Both the position numbers and the translations under genes were made by a program. The notes below the pieces were generated by a model. The model was not told where the DNA came from and ran no database searches. It was given only the letters and a program-made list of their open reading frames with translations. Positions 1 to 10,537 of a DNA stretch of 64,000 nt are shown here, piece by piece. Every line of letters begins with the position of its first letter. Positions within the stretch are counted from its first letter, which is position 1. This stretch comes from Solirubrobacterales bacterium (lineage in GTDB: Bacteria; Actinomycetota; Thermoleophilia; Solirubrobacterales; 70-9), in contig DASTXV010000054.1 in NCBI GenBank assembly GCA_035765335.1, positions 1,260-65,259 of the forward strand, given 5' to 3'.

Positions 1-1
1 C

Positions 2-334
2 ACTCGCAGCGATGCGGAGGCGGCGCCGATCCCCGAGAGCTGGGACAGCTGCTCCGAGGGGGATTTCTGCCTCGGCTGCAGGCGACGGAGGGTGGGCGAG
101 GCTGCCGTCGAGTCCGCGCCGGAGGACTGCAACAGGGACAAGCGCGCCAAGCTTCGCCGCGCCGCGCTCCTGGAGTTCGAGGTGCGGCGCGATCCCGACC
201 GGACGAACGGCTCGATCGCGAAAGCCTGCCGCTCCTCGATCGCGGCGGTTGCCGCCGCGCGCCAGAAACTGGACGCCCCCGCGCCGCCGCCGACCCCGAG
301 CCGCTATCAGCCCCGCTCGGCAGCCCAGCGCTAG
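2..334 (+). CDS. hypothetical protein, C-terminal part (5' end outside window)
   Basis: Frame is open from the window edge to TAG at 332-334. Strong G/C third-position bias. Tail NGSIAKACRSSIAAVAAARQKL looks HTH-like. No family recognised. Confidence 0.4.
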   Translation, partial: TRSDAEAAPIPESWDSCSEGDFCLGCRRRRVGEAAVESAPEDCNRDKRAKLRRAALLEFEVRRDPDRTNGSIAKACRSSIAAVAAARQKLDAPAPPPTPSRYQPRSAAQR

Positions 335-345
335 CAGGCCCAGGG

Positions 346-1227
346 ATGGGCTCCGTCGAGATCGGGATCGGGCTGGCGCTGGTGGCTGCCGTGGCGACCA
401 ACCTCGCCTCGCTGCTCAAGCACCAGGGCTGCCAGCGGGTGGAGCGGATCGAGATCCGGGCGCCGCTGCAAAGCGCCCGCCGCCTCGCCCGGTCGCGATG
501 GTTCGCGGCGGGCTGGGGCCTTGCGGCCGCCGCCTGGCTGATCCACGTGGCGGCCCTCTCGATGGCGCCGATCTCCCTCGTCCAGGCGGTCCTCGCCGGC
601 GGCGCGGTCACCCTCGCCGTCCTCTCCCAGCGGCTCTTCGGCGATGCCGTCGAACGCCGCCAGTGGCTGGCGCTGCTGCTGGGCGGCTCCGGGTTGGCGC
701 TGCTGGCGCTGACCCTGCCGAGCTTCGACGGCAGCCACTCCGAGTTCGCCCTCACCGCGATCCTCGGCTTCGAGGGCGGCCTGGCGCTGCTTGCCGCCGG
801 CCTCGCCCTGGGCCATCGCAGCGAGCGCCTCGCCGCCCGCCGGGGCGCCCTCCTCGCCGCCATCGCCGGCACCCTGATCGCGCTCGCGGGGGTGGCGATC
901 AAGGCGCTGACCGGGGAGAGCGGCATCGCCATCGCCCTGCTGGTGCCGTGGGTGGCGCTGATCGTCCTCTGCGGAGTCCTGGCTCAGTACTCGACCGTGG
1001 CCGCCCTCCAGAGCGGCGGCGCGATCGAGACGATCGGGCTGATGGGCCTGGTCGCCAACGTCACCCAGATCCTCGGCGGAATCCTCGTCTTCGGCGACCC
1101 GATCGCCTCCGGACCGCTCGGGATCAGCCTGCAGGCGACGGCTTTTGCGCTTGTCTGCGTTTCCGCTCTACTGCTGCCGTCTCGGGAGCCGCAGCAGCCT
1201 CCCGCATTGCAGCCAGCCCCCGCCTGA
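346..1227 (+). CDS. polytopic membrane protein (DMT/NIPA-like transporter fold)
   Basis: ATG start. About 9 hydrophobic segments. N-terminus GIGLALVAAVATNLASLLKHQG resembles NIPA/EamA-type carriers. Confidence 0.6.
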   Translation: MGSVEIGIGLALVAAVATNLASLLKHQGCQRVERIEIRAPLQSARRLARSRWFAAGWGLAAAAWLIHVAALSMAPISLVQAVLAGGAVTLAVLSQRLFGDAVERRQWLALLLGGSGLALLALTLPSFDGSHSEFALTAILGFEGGLALLAAGLALGHRSERLAARRGALLAAIAGTLIALAGVAIKALTGESGIAIALLVPWVALIVLCGVLAQYSTVAALQSGGAIETIGLMGLVANVTQILGGILVFGDPIASGPLGISLQATAFALVCVSALLLPSREPQQPPALQPAPA

Positions 1228-2437
1228 GCCGGTCGACGTCGGTGGCGCCCGGGGGCACGGGCACGGCTCGAAAGGTCGACGCCGGCAGGTGGAGGCGGAA
1301 GGCGATCCGGCCCTCGCGGTCGAAGCCGGTGACCAAGGGGTTGTCGCCCCAGCTGACGATCCAGCCCCCGCCCGGCAGCTCTCGGGCCGAGCCGCAGCAG
1401 TGGCTCTCGGTCACCTCCGGGTCGTTCAGCTGCCCGCGATAGATCGCCCTGCCCCGCTCCAGGTCGAGCCGGTAGAAGACGACGCGGGGAAGGCGCGGGC
1501 GGTCCTTGCCGTTGTCGAAGATGGTGAGGCGACCGCGGCTGTCGACGCGAGCGTCGTGCTGCCCCCCCAGCAGCTTCGTCGCCGGGTCCCCCACGACCCG
1601 CAGCGACTTCCCGGTCGGGGTCCCGCCCAGCTTCCAGTTGATCTCCCCGCTCGCGCGGTCGATCCCGTAGACGGCATCGGTATGGCGCGTGGAGATGATG
1701 ATTTCGTCCCGGCCTCGGGGCTCGATCGAGTTGATGTGGACGGGGTCGAAGGTCTGCCGGCCCTGCAGCCGCCGGCGCGAGTTGCTGAGCACGTTGCGCC
1801 ACCAGCGACCGGTCTCGCGGAGGCCGATGTGCCCGCGCGAGCTCCAGCGCCAGAGCACCCGCCCGGCCCGATCCACTTCCTGCACTTCCGCGGAGACGAT
1901 CGCCGCCCGCTTCGGGCCTCCGACGCGCCGCAGATCTGCCGTTTCGGGCACGTAGGTGTCGAGCAGGGCATTGCCGTTGGCCAGTTCGAGGAACTCGTGG
2001 CCGTCGACGATCGAGCCCTTCGTCCGGACCAGGCGCACGAGCTTTCCCGACTCCGAGCGGACCTCGTGCGCCATCCGCGGATCGAGCCCGTACCCATTGC
2101 CGAAGGACCTCGCCCAGACCAGGTTGCCGTCGCTGAGGATCTGCCCCCCGAAGGCCCTGGTGCCGGGGTTGAACCACCAGCGTGGCTTTCCCTCGTGGTC
2201 GAAGACGATGACCCAGGGGCGACCGTCCTCGGGGTTGCTGAAGGTGACGACGAAGAGTCCGGGCGGGACCGCCCTGATCGACTCGAAGCGCCAGCGGGGG
2301 AAGTCGTCCGGCAGGCCGGTCGCCCGCGGCGACGATCGCCCAGGGGCCGAGGTAGAGACGTCGCCCTCGCCGCAGCCGGCGAAGAGCGCACCCGGACCGA
2401 GCGCGAAGACGATGGCGAGGAGCGCGAGGCGCTTCAC
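1124..2437 (-). CDS. arylsulfotransferase (ASST)-family lipoprotein
   Basis: Lipobox signal MKRLALLAIVFALGPGALFAGC. Blocks HINSIE and ISTRHTDAVYGIDRASGEINWKLGG are typical of the ASST beta-propeller family. The 3' end overlaps the convergent membrane-protein gene. Confidence 0.7.
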   Translation of the reverse strand: MKRLALLAIVFALGPGALFAGCGEGDVSTSAPGRSSPRATGLPDDFPRWRFESIRAVPPGLFVVTFSNPEDGRPWVIVFDHEGKPRWWFNPGTRAFGGQILSDGNLVWARSFGNGYGLDPRMAHEVRSESGKLVRLVRTKGSIVDGHEFLELANGNALLDTYVPETADLRRVGGPKRAAIVSAEVQEVDRAGRVLWRWSSRGHIGLRETGRWWRNVLSNSRRRLQGRQTFDPVHINSIEPRGRDEIIISTRHTDAVYGIDRASGEINWKLGGTPTGKSLRVVGDPATKLLGGQHDARVDSRGRLTIFDNGKDRPRLPRVVFYRLDLERGRAIYRGQLNDPEVTESHCCGSARELPGGGWIVSWGDNPLVTGFDREGRIAFRLHLPASTFRAVPVPPGATDVDRLRRGLAAMREAAAAPETAAVERKRRQAQKPSPAG

Positions 2438-2477
2438 GGTCGAGGCGACGAAGGGAACACCGACCCAGTCTCGCAGC

Positions 2478-3110
2478 CTACGTCCCCAACGCCTTGTCGA
2501 TGAAGGGGCCGAGCAGCTTGGCCGCCGCCCTCGCCGCCTCCTCGGCGGACTCGCCGGGCGTGGTCACGTAGCTGATCGAGAGCCGCACCAGGCTCTCGGC
2601 GAGGACCTGGACGTCGGCTGCGGCCGCCTCGGGCCAGCCCTCTTCGATCACCGCGGTCAGCCGCCCGGTCGCCCACTGGACCACGGGTAGCCCCTGGGTG
2701 GTGACGAAGGGGAGCATGCCGCCGGTGCCGTCGTCGCTGAGCAGGATGCTGATCAGCGGGTCGTCGCCGGCGGTGCGGAGGAAGTGCTCGAGCGCCGCCA
2801 GGATCGCCGCCCGCGGGTCGTCGCGATGGGAGCGAACCTCCTCCTCGACGTCGTCCATGAAGCGTTCGGCCTCGTGGATGACGAAGGCGAAGCCGAACTC
2901 GTTGCGGTTGCCGAACTCGTTGTAGAGGGTCTGGCGGCTGACGCCGGCGCCGCTGGCGATGTCCGCCATCGTTATCTCCGACCAGGGCTGCCGCCCCAGC
3001 TGGTCGCGGGCGGCGTCGAAGACGGTCTTGCGCAGCAGCTCCCGCGCCGCCTCCTGGTAGGGGGTCCTGCCGCTCGCCATGCCCCCTATCGTGGCAAGGG
3101 GGACGGTCAA
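2478..3110 (-). CDS. TetR-family transcriptional regulator (AlkU-like position downstream of alkB-rubredoxin)
   Basis: TetR HTH ITMADIASGAGVSRQTLYNEFGNRNEF. TTG at 3110 forms a TTGA overlap with the rubredoxin stop. Alternative ATG start at 3080. Confidence 0.85.
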   Translation of the reverse strand: MTVPLATIGGMASGRTPYQEAARELLRKTVFDAARDQLGRQPWSEITMADIASGAGVSRQTLYNEFGNRNEFGFAFVIHEAERFMDDVEEEVRSHRDDPRAAILAALEHFLRTAGDDPLISILLSDDGTGGMLPFVTTQGLPVVQWATGRLTAVIEEGWPEAAAADVQVLAESLVRLSISYVTTPGESAEEAARAAAKLLGPFIDKALGT

Positions 3111-3289
3111 GCGTCGGGCGCGACCGACTCCGCCGGTTCGAAGTCGACCTTGTCGCGGACCCCGCAGTCCGGGCAGGGCCAGTCGTCGGGAACCTCGCTC
3201 CAGGGGGTCCCGGGCGGGAAGCCCTCGCGGGGATGGCCCGCCTCCTCGTCGTAGACGTAGCCGCAGCTGGGGCAGGCCCAGGCGCTCAC
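3107..3289 (-). CDS. rubredoxin
   Basis: 60 codons with two CxxC knuckles (CPSCGY and CPDCG) and the WxxxPDDWxCPxC signature. The GTG start overlaps the alkB TGA (GTGA). In the ORF track it is hidden at the end of the 464-aa shadow ORF 3107..4501. Confidence 0.9.
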   Translation of the reverse strand: MSAWACPSCGYVYDEEAGHPREGFPPGTPWSEVPDDWPCPDCGVRDKVDFEPAESVAPDA

Positions 3290-4485
3290 GCGGTCCTCCC
3301 GTAGCGCTCCAGAACTCGGTTCAGCTTGCGCGGCTGGATGTTGGCCCGGGTGACGTCGCCGCCGTAGTGCTCGAGCAGGCGCGGGTCCATCACCCGCCGC
3401 CAGAGCGGCGGGAACCAGGCGAGGACGATCATCCCCGCGTAGCCGGTCGGCAGCTGCGGCGCCTCGTCGACGTGGCGCAGCGCCTGGTAGCGGCGGGTCG
3501 GGTTGGCGTGGTGGTCCGAGTGCCGCTGCAGGTGGTAGAGGAGGACGTTGGAGGCGACGTTGTTGCTGTTCCAGCTGTGCTCGGGGAGGCAGCGCTCGTA
3601 GCGGCCGTCCTCGCGCTTCTGGCGCAGCAGGCCGTAGTGCTCGAGGTAGTTGACGACCTCCAGCAGCGAGAACCCGATCACCGCCTGGACCAGCAGGTAG
3701 GGCAGGACGACCGGGCCGAAGGCGACGGCGAGGGCGCCGAAGAGGACGACGGTCATCGCCCAGGCGCTCAAGACGTCGTTGTGGAGGCTGAAGCGCGACT
3801 TGCCGAGGCGGTCGAGCCGGGCCGCCTCGATCCCCCAGGCCGAGCGCAGGCTGCCGGCAACGGTGCGCGGCAGGAAGGCCCAGAAGCTCTCCCCCAGCCG
3901 CGAGCTGGCGGGGTCCTCGGGGGTCGCGACTTTGACGTGGTGGCCGCGGTTGTGCTCGATGAAGAAGTGGCCGTAGCCGGTCTGGGCGAGGGCGACGCGG
4001 CTGAGCCACTTCTCGGAGCTGGCGCGCTTGTGGCCGAGCTCGTGCGCGGTGTTGATCGCGATCCCGCCGACCACGCCCATCGTCAGCGCCAAGCCGATGT
4101 TTTCGATCAGCGTCAGCTCCCCGCTCCCCCACATCCAGCAGGCGAAGACGAGCCCGGCGTACTGGATCGGGATGAAGAGGTAGGTGCACCAGCGGTAGTA
4201 GCGGTCCTGCTCGAGGAACTTGAGGACGCTGTCGGGCGGGTTGGTCGAGTCCATCCCGATCGCCATGTCGAGCAGCGGGAAGATGACGAAGACGAGGAAC
4301 GGGCCGATGAACCACATCCCCCCGAAGTCGGTCAGCGACCAGTAGAGCCAGGCGAAGAAGGGCGAGAGCGGGACGACGATCCCCAGCAGCCACGCATAGC
4401 GCTTCCCGTCCGTCCACTCCGCCGGATTGACCTCCACGTCGTCGTGGTGGTGATGGTGATGCAGGTGCTCCGCGTGTGCCTCCAC
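3286..4485 (-). CDS. alkB: alkane 1-monooxygenase (integral-membrane di-iron hydroxylase)
   Basis: His boxes HELGHK, EHNRGHH and LQRHSDHH. GTG start preceded by AAGGAGGG. N-terminus contains HLHHHHHH. Confidence 0.95.
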   Translation of the reverse strand: MEAHAEHLHHHHHHDDVEVNPAEWTDGKRYAWLLGIVVPLSPFFAWLYWSLTDFGGMWFIGPFLVFVIFPLLDMAIGMDSTNPPDSVLKFLEQDRYYRWCTYLFIPIQYAGLVFACWMWGSGELTLIENIGLALTMGVVGGIAINTAHELGHKRASSEKWLSRVALAQTGYGHFFIEHNRGHHVKVATPEDPASSRLGESFWAFLPRTVAGSLRSAWGIEAARLDRLGKSRFSLHNDVLSAWAMTVVLFGALAVAFGPVVLPYLLVQAVIGFSLLEVVNYLEHYGLLRQKREDGRYERCLPEHSWNSNNVASNVLLYHLQRHSDHHANPTRRYQALRHVDEAPQLPTGYAGMIVLAWFPPLWRRVMDPRLLEHYGGDVTRANIQPRKLNRVLERYGRTA

Positions 4486-4560
4486 AAACCCTCCTTGTCA
4501 TTCGCCCCCAGTTCGTCGCCTAGCTTTACATAGATGTTGAATTTGTCAAGAGGCGATACA
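4486..4560 (-). promoter_or_regulatory. putative alkB promoter/operator region with SD
   Basis: AT-rich patch in GC-rich DNA. Minus strand reads CTCTTGACAAATTCAACATCTATGTAAAGCT, with TTGACA, small palindromes TTGA-N5-TCAA and ACAT-CT-ATGT, then AAGGAGGG before the GTG start. Confidence 0.3.
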
Positions 4561-4657
4561 AGAGACGCGTAGCTGTCGCGAGTTCCGAAGCCGCAGCAAG
4601 CGACGAAAAAGCAGCGGGTAGGGGGTGAGACCGTGGCCCTGTCGCCTTTGTCTCCCT

Positions 4658-5473
4658 ATGAAGGACAAAAGCGACACGGTTGACCAGCGGATCGATGAGA
4701 TAGCTGCTCGCCAGCACGGAGCGATCACGTTGCGCCAACTCGAAGACGTGGGTGTGGGGGGGAGACGAGGGGCGGCGAAACGGGCGAAGAGGGGCCGGCT
4801 GCACCGGGTCCACCAGGGCGTCTACGCCGTCGGCCACCGAGGGCTGAGCCTCCACGGGTGCTTCATGGCCGCGGTGCTCGCCTGCGGCGAGGGAGCGGTG
4901 CTCAGCCACGGCTCCGCCACTGTCCTTTGGGGGCTCCTTAAACCGCTCGATGGTCCCGTCCACGTCTCCGTCCCAACCACCTCGGGCCGCAAGAGGCGTC
5001 CCGGCATCCACCTCCATCGCTGCCAAGGGCTCCTGACCACCCGGCGCGACAACATCCCCGTGACCACGGTGGCGCGCACCATCGAGGACCTCCGTCGCAC
5101 TCCGCTCCCCTCGCGCCTCGTGCGCCGCGCGATACGGCAGGCGGAGCTCGCTGGCCACCGCCTCGATGGCCTCGAAAGCGACCGCACCCGCTCGGACCTC
5201 GAGACCTACTTCCTCGACCTCTGTCGCCGCCACCGCCTCCCTGCGCCCGAGGTCAACGTGAAGCTGCGGACTCGAGACCTCGGTTCAAGGAGCCCCGGGG
5301 GAGGGTCTCCGGGTACTCAGCATGGAGCCGAGCCGAAAGCCTTCGAGGCGCCAGCCGATTACGTAGCTCTCGGCGGAGGTGCTCCCGGGGACCCTCCCCC
5401 GGGGCTCCCCGACCGGCAGCTAGAAGAAGAGCCCGGGCGCGTCGCGGCGGACGTCGCCCGCGCTCTGGCCTAG
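4658..5473 (+). pseudogene. AbiEi_4/DUF559-family gene with its endonuclease core replaced by a palindromic element
   Basis: The N-terminal 200 aa look like the family (IDEIAARQHGAITLRQL, GVYAVGH, TRSDLETYFLDLCRRHRLPAPEVNVKL). The expected EVDF..VVE.DG..H core is absent. The frame runs through the inverted-repeat element at 5289-5408. A family-like tail RVAADVARALA follows. Confidence 0.6.
5289..5408. repeat. 120-bp element with 25-bp terminal inverted repeats (element A)
   Basis: GGAGCCCCGGGGGAGGGTCTCCGGG at 5289-5313 and CCCGGGGACCCTCCCCCGGGGCTCC at 5384-5408 are complementary at 24 of 25 positions. The interior is partly self-complementary (GCCGAG/CTCGGC). Confidence 0.8.
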
Positions 5474-5697
5474 ATCTTCAGCAGCAGGAAGGTGTTCAGC
5501 GCGAAGAGAACGGCGACGATGACCGTCGCGCGGTCCAGGTTCTTCTCGACCATCGAGCCGCCGCCGATGCCGCTGCCGCCGGCGCCGCCGACGCCGAAGG
5601 CGCCGGAGAGGCCCGCGTCTTTCCCCGAGTGAAGGAGGATGAGGAAGATCAGGGCGACGGCGAGGATCACCTGGATGAGACTGAAGAACGTGAACAT
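5470..5697 (-). CDS. secG: preprotein translocase subunit SecG
   Basis: 75 aa with two TM helices and a Gly-rich loop: LLHSGKDAGLSGAFGVGGAGGSG. Confidence 0.9.
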   Translation of the reverse strand: MFTFFSLIQVILAVALIFLILLHSGKDAGLSGAFGVGGAGGSGIGGGSMVEKNLDRATVIVAVLFALNTFLLLKI

Positions 5698-5718
5698 GAG
5701 CGGGAAAGTCTAGGCGAT

Positions 5719-8134
<2,416 letters not shown>

Positions 8135-8145
<11 letters not shown>

Positions 8146-8304
8146 TGGCGAAACCCGCGTGTGCGGCTGGCGAGCCCCGGACCAAGCGGGGCAAGGACGC
8201 AGGGAGGCCGAATAGCAGAGCTATTTGGCCGACCGAGGACGCCGCACCGCGCAGTGTGTCCGGGGGCGCCAGACGTGCGCGGGGGTTTCGCCAATGCCCC
8301 CTAG
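8135..8304. repeat. 170-bp palindromic element with perfect 22-bp terminal inverted repeats (element D)
   Basis: CTAGGGGGCATTGGCGAAACCC at 8135-8156 is the exact reverse complement of 8283-8304. The interior is an imperfect long hairpin centred on GGCCGAATAGC-AGA-GCTATTTGGCC. Confidence 0.85.
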
Positions 8305-8708
8305 GCATCAGACTTGGTCGTGAACTTCGACGGGCACTTCGTGATCAGGGTGTCCGGCTCGCCGACGAAGGTGCCGTTCTCGATCGCGCCGGTGAGGATG
8401 ATCTCGCGGCCGCCGCGGAACGGGTCGGGGACGGTGCCGTCGTAGCTCACCGGCAGGCTCTTGCCGCTGCCGTCGCGGTCGACGACGCGGAAGGTGATGC
8501 CGTCGCCCCCGCGCCGGACCGAGCCCTTGACGACGCGGCCGGTCATCTCGTAGCTGGTGCCGGGAGCGGCGTTGAGCAGCTGCGAGGGCTCCTTCGCCTC
8601 GGTCGAGGCCGAGAAGGAGGTGTAGATGAGGGCCACCGCCAAGAGCACCGCGGTGCTGAGCGCGACGACGAGCCGGATCTTCCGCTTCCGCTGAGGGTCC
8701 ACAGGCAA
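8301..8708 (-). CDS. ccmE: cytochrome c maturation heme chaperone CcmE (Cys-variant)
   Basis: N-terminal TM anchor plus an OB-fold body. The C-terminal motif is KCPSKF where the canonical motif is H-x3-Y. Confidence 0.85.
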   Translation of the reverse strand: MPVDPQRKRKIRLVVALSTAVLLAVALIYTSFSASTEAKEPSQLLNAAPGTSYEMTGRVVKGSVRRGGDGITFRVVDRDGSGKSLPVSYDGTVPDPFRGGREIILTGAIENGTFVGEPDTLITKCPSKFTTKSDA

Positions 8709-8749
8709 CTGGGATTATCGCAAGACGGCGACCTGGGAGAATCAAGGGC

Positions 8750-9454
8750 ATGGCAGATGACCCCGTCCTGCTGATCACCGGCGCCAGCAGCGGCATCGGC
8801 GCCGCCACCGCCCGGGCCGCGGCCTCCGGCTACCGGCTGGTGCTGGCGGCGCGGCGCGAGGAGGAGCTGCAGGAGCTGGCAGAGAAGCTGGGTGGTGGGG
8901 AGCGGGCGCTGGCGGTCCGCTGCGACGTCACCGAGTGGGACCAGGTCGAGGCGATGGCCGCGGCGGCCCTGGAGCGGTTCGGCCGCATCGACGCGGTCTT
9001 CGCCAACGCCGGCTTCGGCGCCGCCCGCGGCTTCCTCGAGGAGTCGCCCGAGCATTGGCGCTCGATGGTCCTCACCAACGTCTACGGGGTGGCGCTGACG
9101 ATCCGCGCCACCCTCCCCCACCTGCTCGAGCGCGGCGACGGCCACTTCCTCGTCACCAGCTCGATCGCCGGCCGCCGGGTGCTGCCCGGCTCGCTCTACT
9201 CGGCGACGAAGTGGGCGGCGACGGCGATCGGCGAGGCGCTGCGCCAGGAACTGCGCCAGATGCACGAGAACCACGGGATCAAGGTGACGCTGATCGAGCC
9301 GGGGATGGTCGACACCCCCTTCTTCGACAACCGGCCGGGCGACGCGGCGCTGAGCGACGACGACATCGCCCGCGCGGTGATGTACGCGCTGGAGCAGCCG
9401 CCGGGCGTCGACGTCAACGAGATCCTGATCCGGCCGATCACCCAGTCGAACTAA
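8750..9454 (+). CDS. SDR-family oxidoreductase
   Basis: TGASSGIG cofactor motif and YSATK catalytic motif. Confidence 0.9.
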   Translation: MADDPVLLITGASSGIGAATARAAASGYRLVLAARREEELQELAEKLGGGERALAVRCDVTEWDQVEAMAAAALERFGRIDAVFANAGFGAARGFLEESPEHWRSMVLTNVYGVALTIRATLPHLLERGDGHFLVTSSIAGRRVLPGSLYSATKWAATAIGEALRQELRQMHENHGIKVTLIEPGMVDTPFFDNRPGDAALSDDDIARAVMYALEQPPGVDVNEILIRPITQSN

Positions 9455-10473
9455 CGCAGCGCCAGGCGCACGAGGCGCCAGTAGCCGCGCAGCGCCAGGC
9501 GCGCTGGCCGGGAGCGGGCCAGCGGCGAGATCAGGTCGGAGTCGAGGTCCGGGGTGAGCCAGGCGGCGAACTCGGCGGCGGAGACGACGCGCCGGGCCTG
9601 CACCTGGCGGCGCTCGCGCAGCAGCCGCGGCAGCCAGCGGAGGAATTCGAGGTTCGCCCGCAGCTTCTGCCTCCCCCAGCCGCCCGTCGCCGAGACCAGC
9701 AGCAGGGCGAGCTCGGTGGCGAGCAGGGCCGGGGCGAGCAGGGCCAGCAGGGTCCCGGGGTAGGTACGGACGAGGAAGGCGAGCCGGTTGCGCTCGAGCC
9801 AGCGCCACTTGTCCTCGCTGGCGGCGAACTCGTAGTCGTGGGCGACGACCGCCGCCGGCTCGATCCCGACCGGGTGCCCGGCCGAGCGCAGCCGGACCGA
9901 GATGTCGACGTCCTCGTGGTACATGAAGAACTCGGCGGGGAAGCCGCCGACCTCGCGCCAGCGCGCCAGCGGGATCGCCAGGCAGGCGCCGGAGGCCGCG
10001 GTGACCTCGCCCGCGGGCGGCGCCTCGGCGAGCGGTCGCCCGTGGCCGCCGGCCCAGACGATGCCGGTGAAGTGGACCGGGTTGCCGGCGGAGTTGATGA
10101 GGGCGCCCTCGCCGTCGGCGACCAGGGCCTGCCAGGCTCCCCAGCCCCGGTCCTCGAGCCAGGGCCGGCGGATCGCCTCGCCGAAGCCGGGCTGCGGCGC
10201 GGCGTCGGGATTGAGGATCACCAGCAGGTCGCCGCCCGCCACCTCGGCCCCGGCGTTGCAGCCGCCGGCGAAGCCGGTGTTCCCCCCCGGTTGCACGATC
10301 CGCGCCGCCGGTGCCAGCTCCCGCGCGACCTCGACACTGCCGTCGCCGGGCTTGTTGTCGACGACGATCAGCTCGTCGCCGTCGCCCAGCTCAGGGAGCA
10401 GGGCGGGAAGGGTCTTGGTGAGATCGTCGCGGCTGTCGTAAGCGACGATCAGGGCTGAGAGCGTCGGGCGCAC
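9451..10473 (-). CDS. family-2 glycosyltransferase
   Basis: ALIVAYDSRDD, VVDNKPGDGS, GGNTGFAGGCNAG and HEDVDISVRL blocks. Same strand as paralog 1 and 65 nt downstream of it. Confidence 0.85.
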   Translation of the reverse strand: MRPTLSALIVAYDSRDDLTKTLPALLPELGDGDELIVVDNKPGDGSVEVARELAPAARIVQPGGNTGFAGGCNAGAEVAGGDLLVILNPDAAPQPGFGEAIRRPWLEDRGWGAWQALVADGEGALINSAGNPVHFTGIVWAGGHGRPLAEAPPAGEVTAASGACLAIPLARWREVGGFPAEFFMYHEDVDISVRLRSAGHPVGIEPAAVVAHDYEFAASEDKWRWLERNRLAFLVRTYPGTLLALLAPALLATELALLLVSATGGWGRQKLRANLEFLRWLPRLLRERRQVQARRVVSAAEFAAWLTPDLDSDLISPLARSRPARLALRGYWRLVRLALR

Positions 10474-10508
10474 CGACGCGGAGGCTATTCGGCCATCCGC
10501 GCCGGTGC
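10470..10508. repeat. 13-bp-stem hairpin with GGCTATTCGGCC loop (element E)
   Basis: GCACCGACGCGGA at 10470-10482 pairs with TCCGCGCCGGTGC at 10496-10508 at 12 of 13 positions. The loop carries the reverse complement of the GGCCGAATAGC core seen in element D. The GT2 GTG start (10473) lies in the stem. Confidence 0.6.
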
Positions 10509-10537
10509 GATCGACTCGCTTGCTGGAACTGCTCCTA

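Noticed and set aside
12-2503. Long ORFs 12..1442 (476 aa), 984..2177 (397 aa), 1145..2503 (452 aa) and 1426..2391 (321 aa)
   Set aside because: The translations are Arg/Pro/Gly/Ala-rich low-complexity typical of off-frame or antisense reading of very GC-rich genes. They overlap the well-supported membrane-protein and ASST genes.
3107-4533. 464-aa ORF 3107..4501 and 484-aa ORF 3079..4533 overlapping alkB
   Set aside because: Shadow frames of alkB. Only the last 60 codons of 3107..4501 (the rubredoxin, from GTG 3289) look like a real protein.
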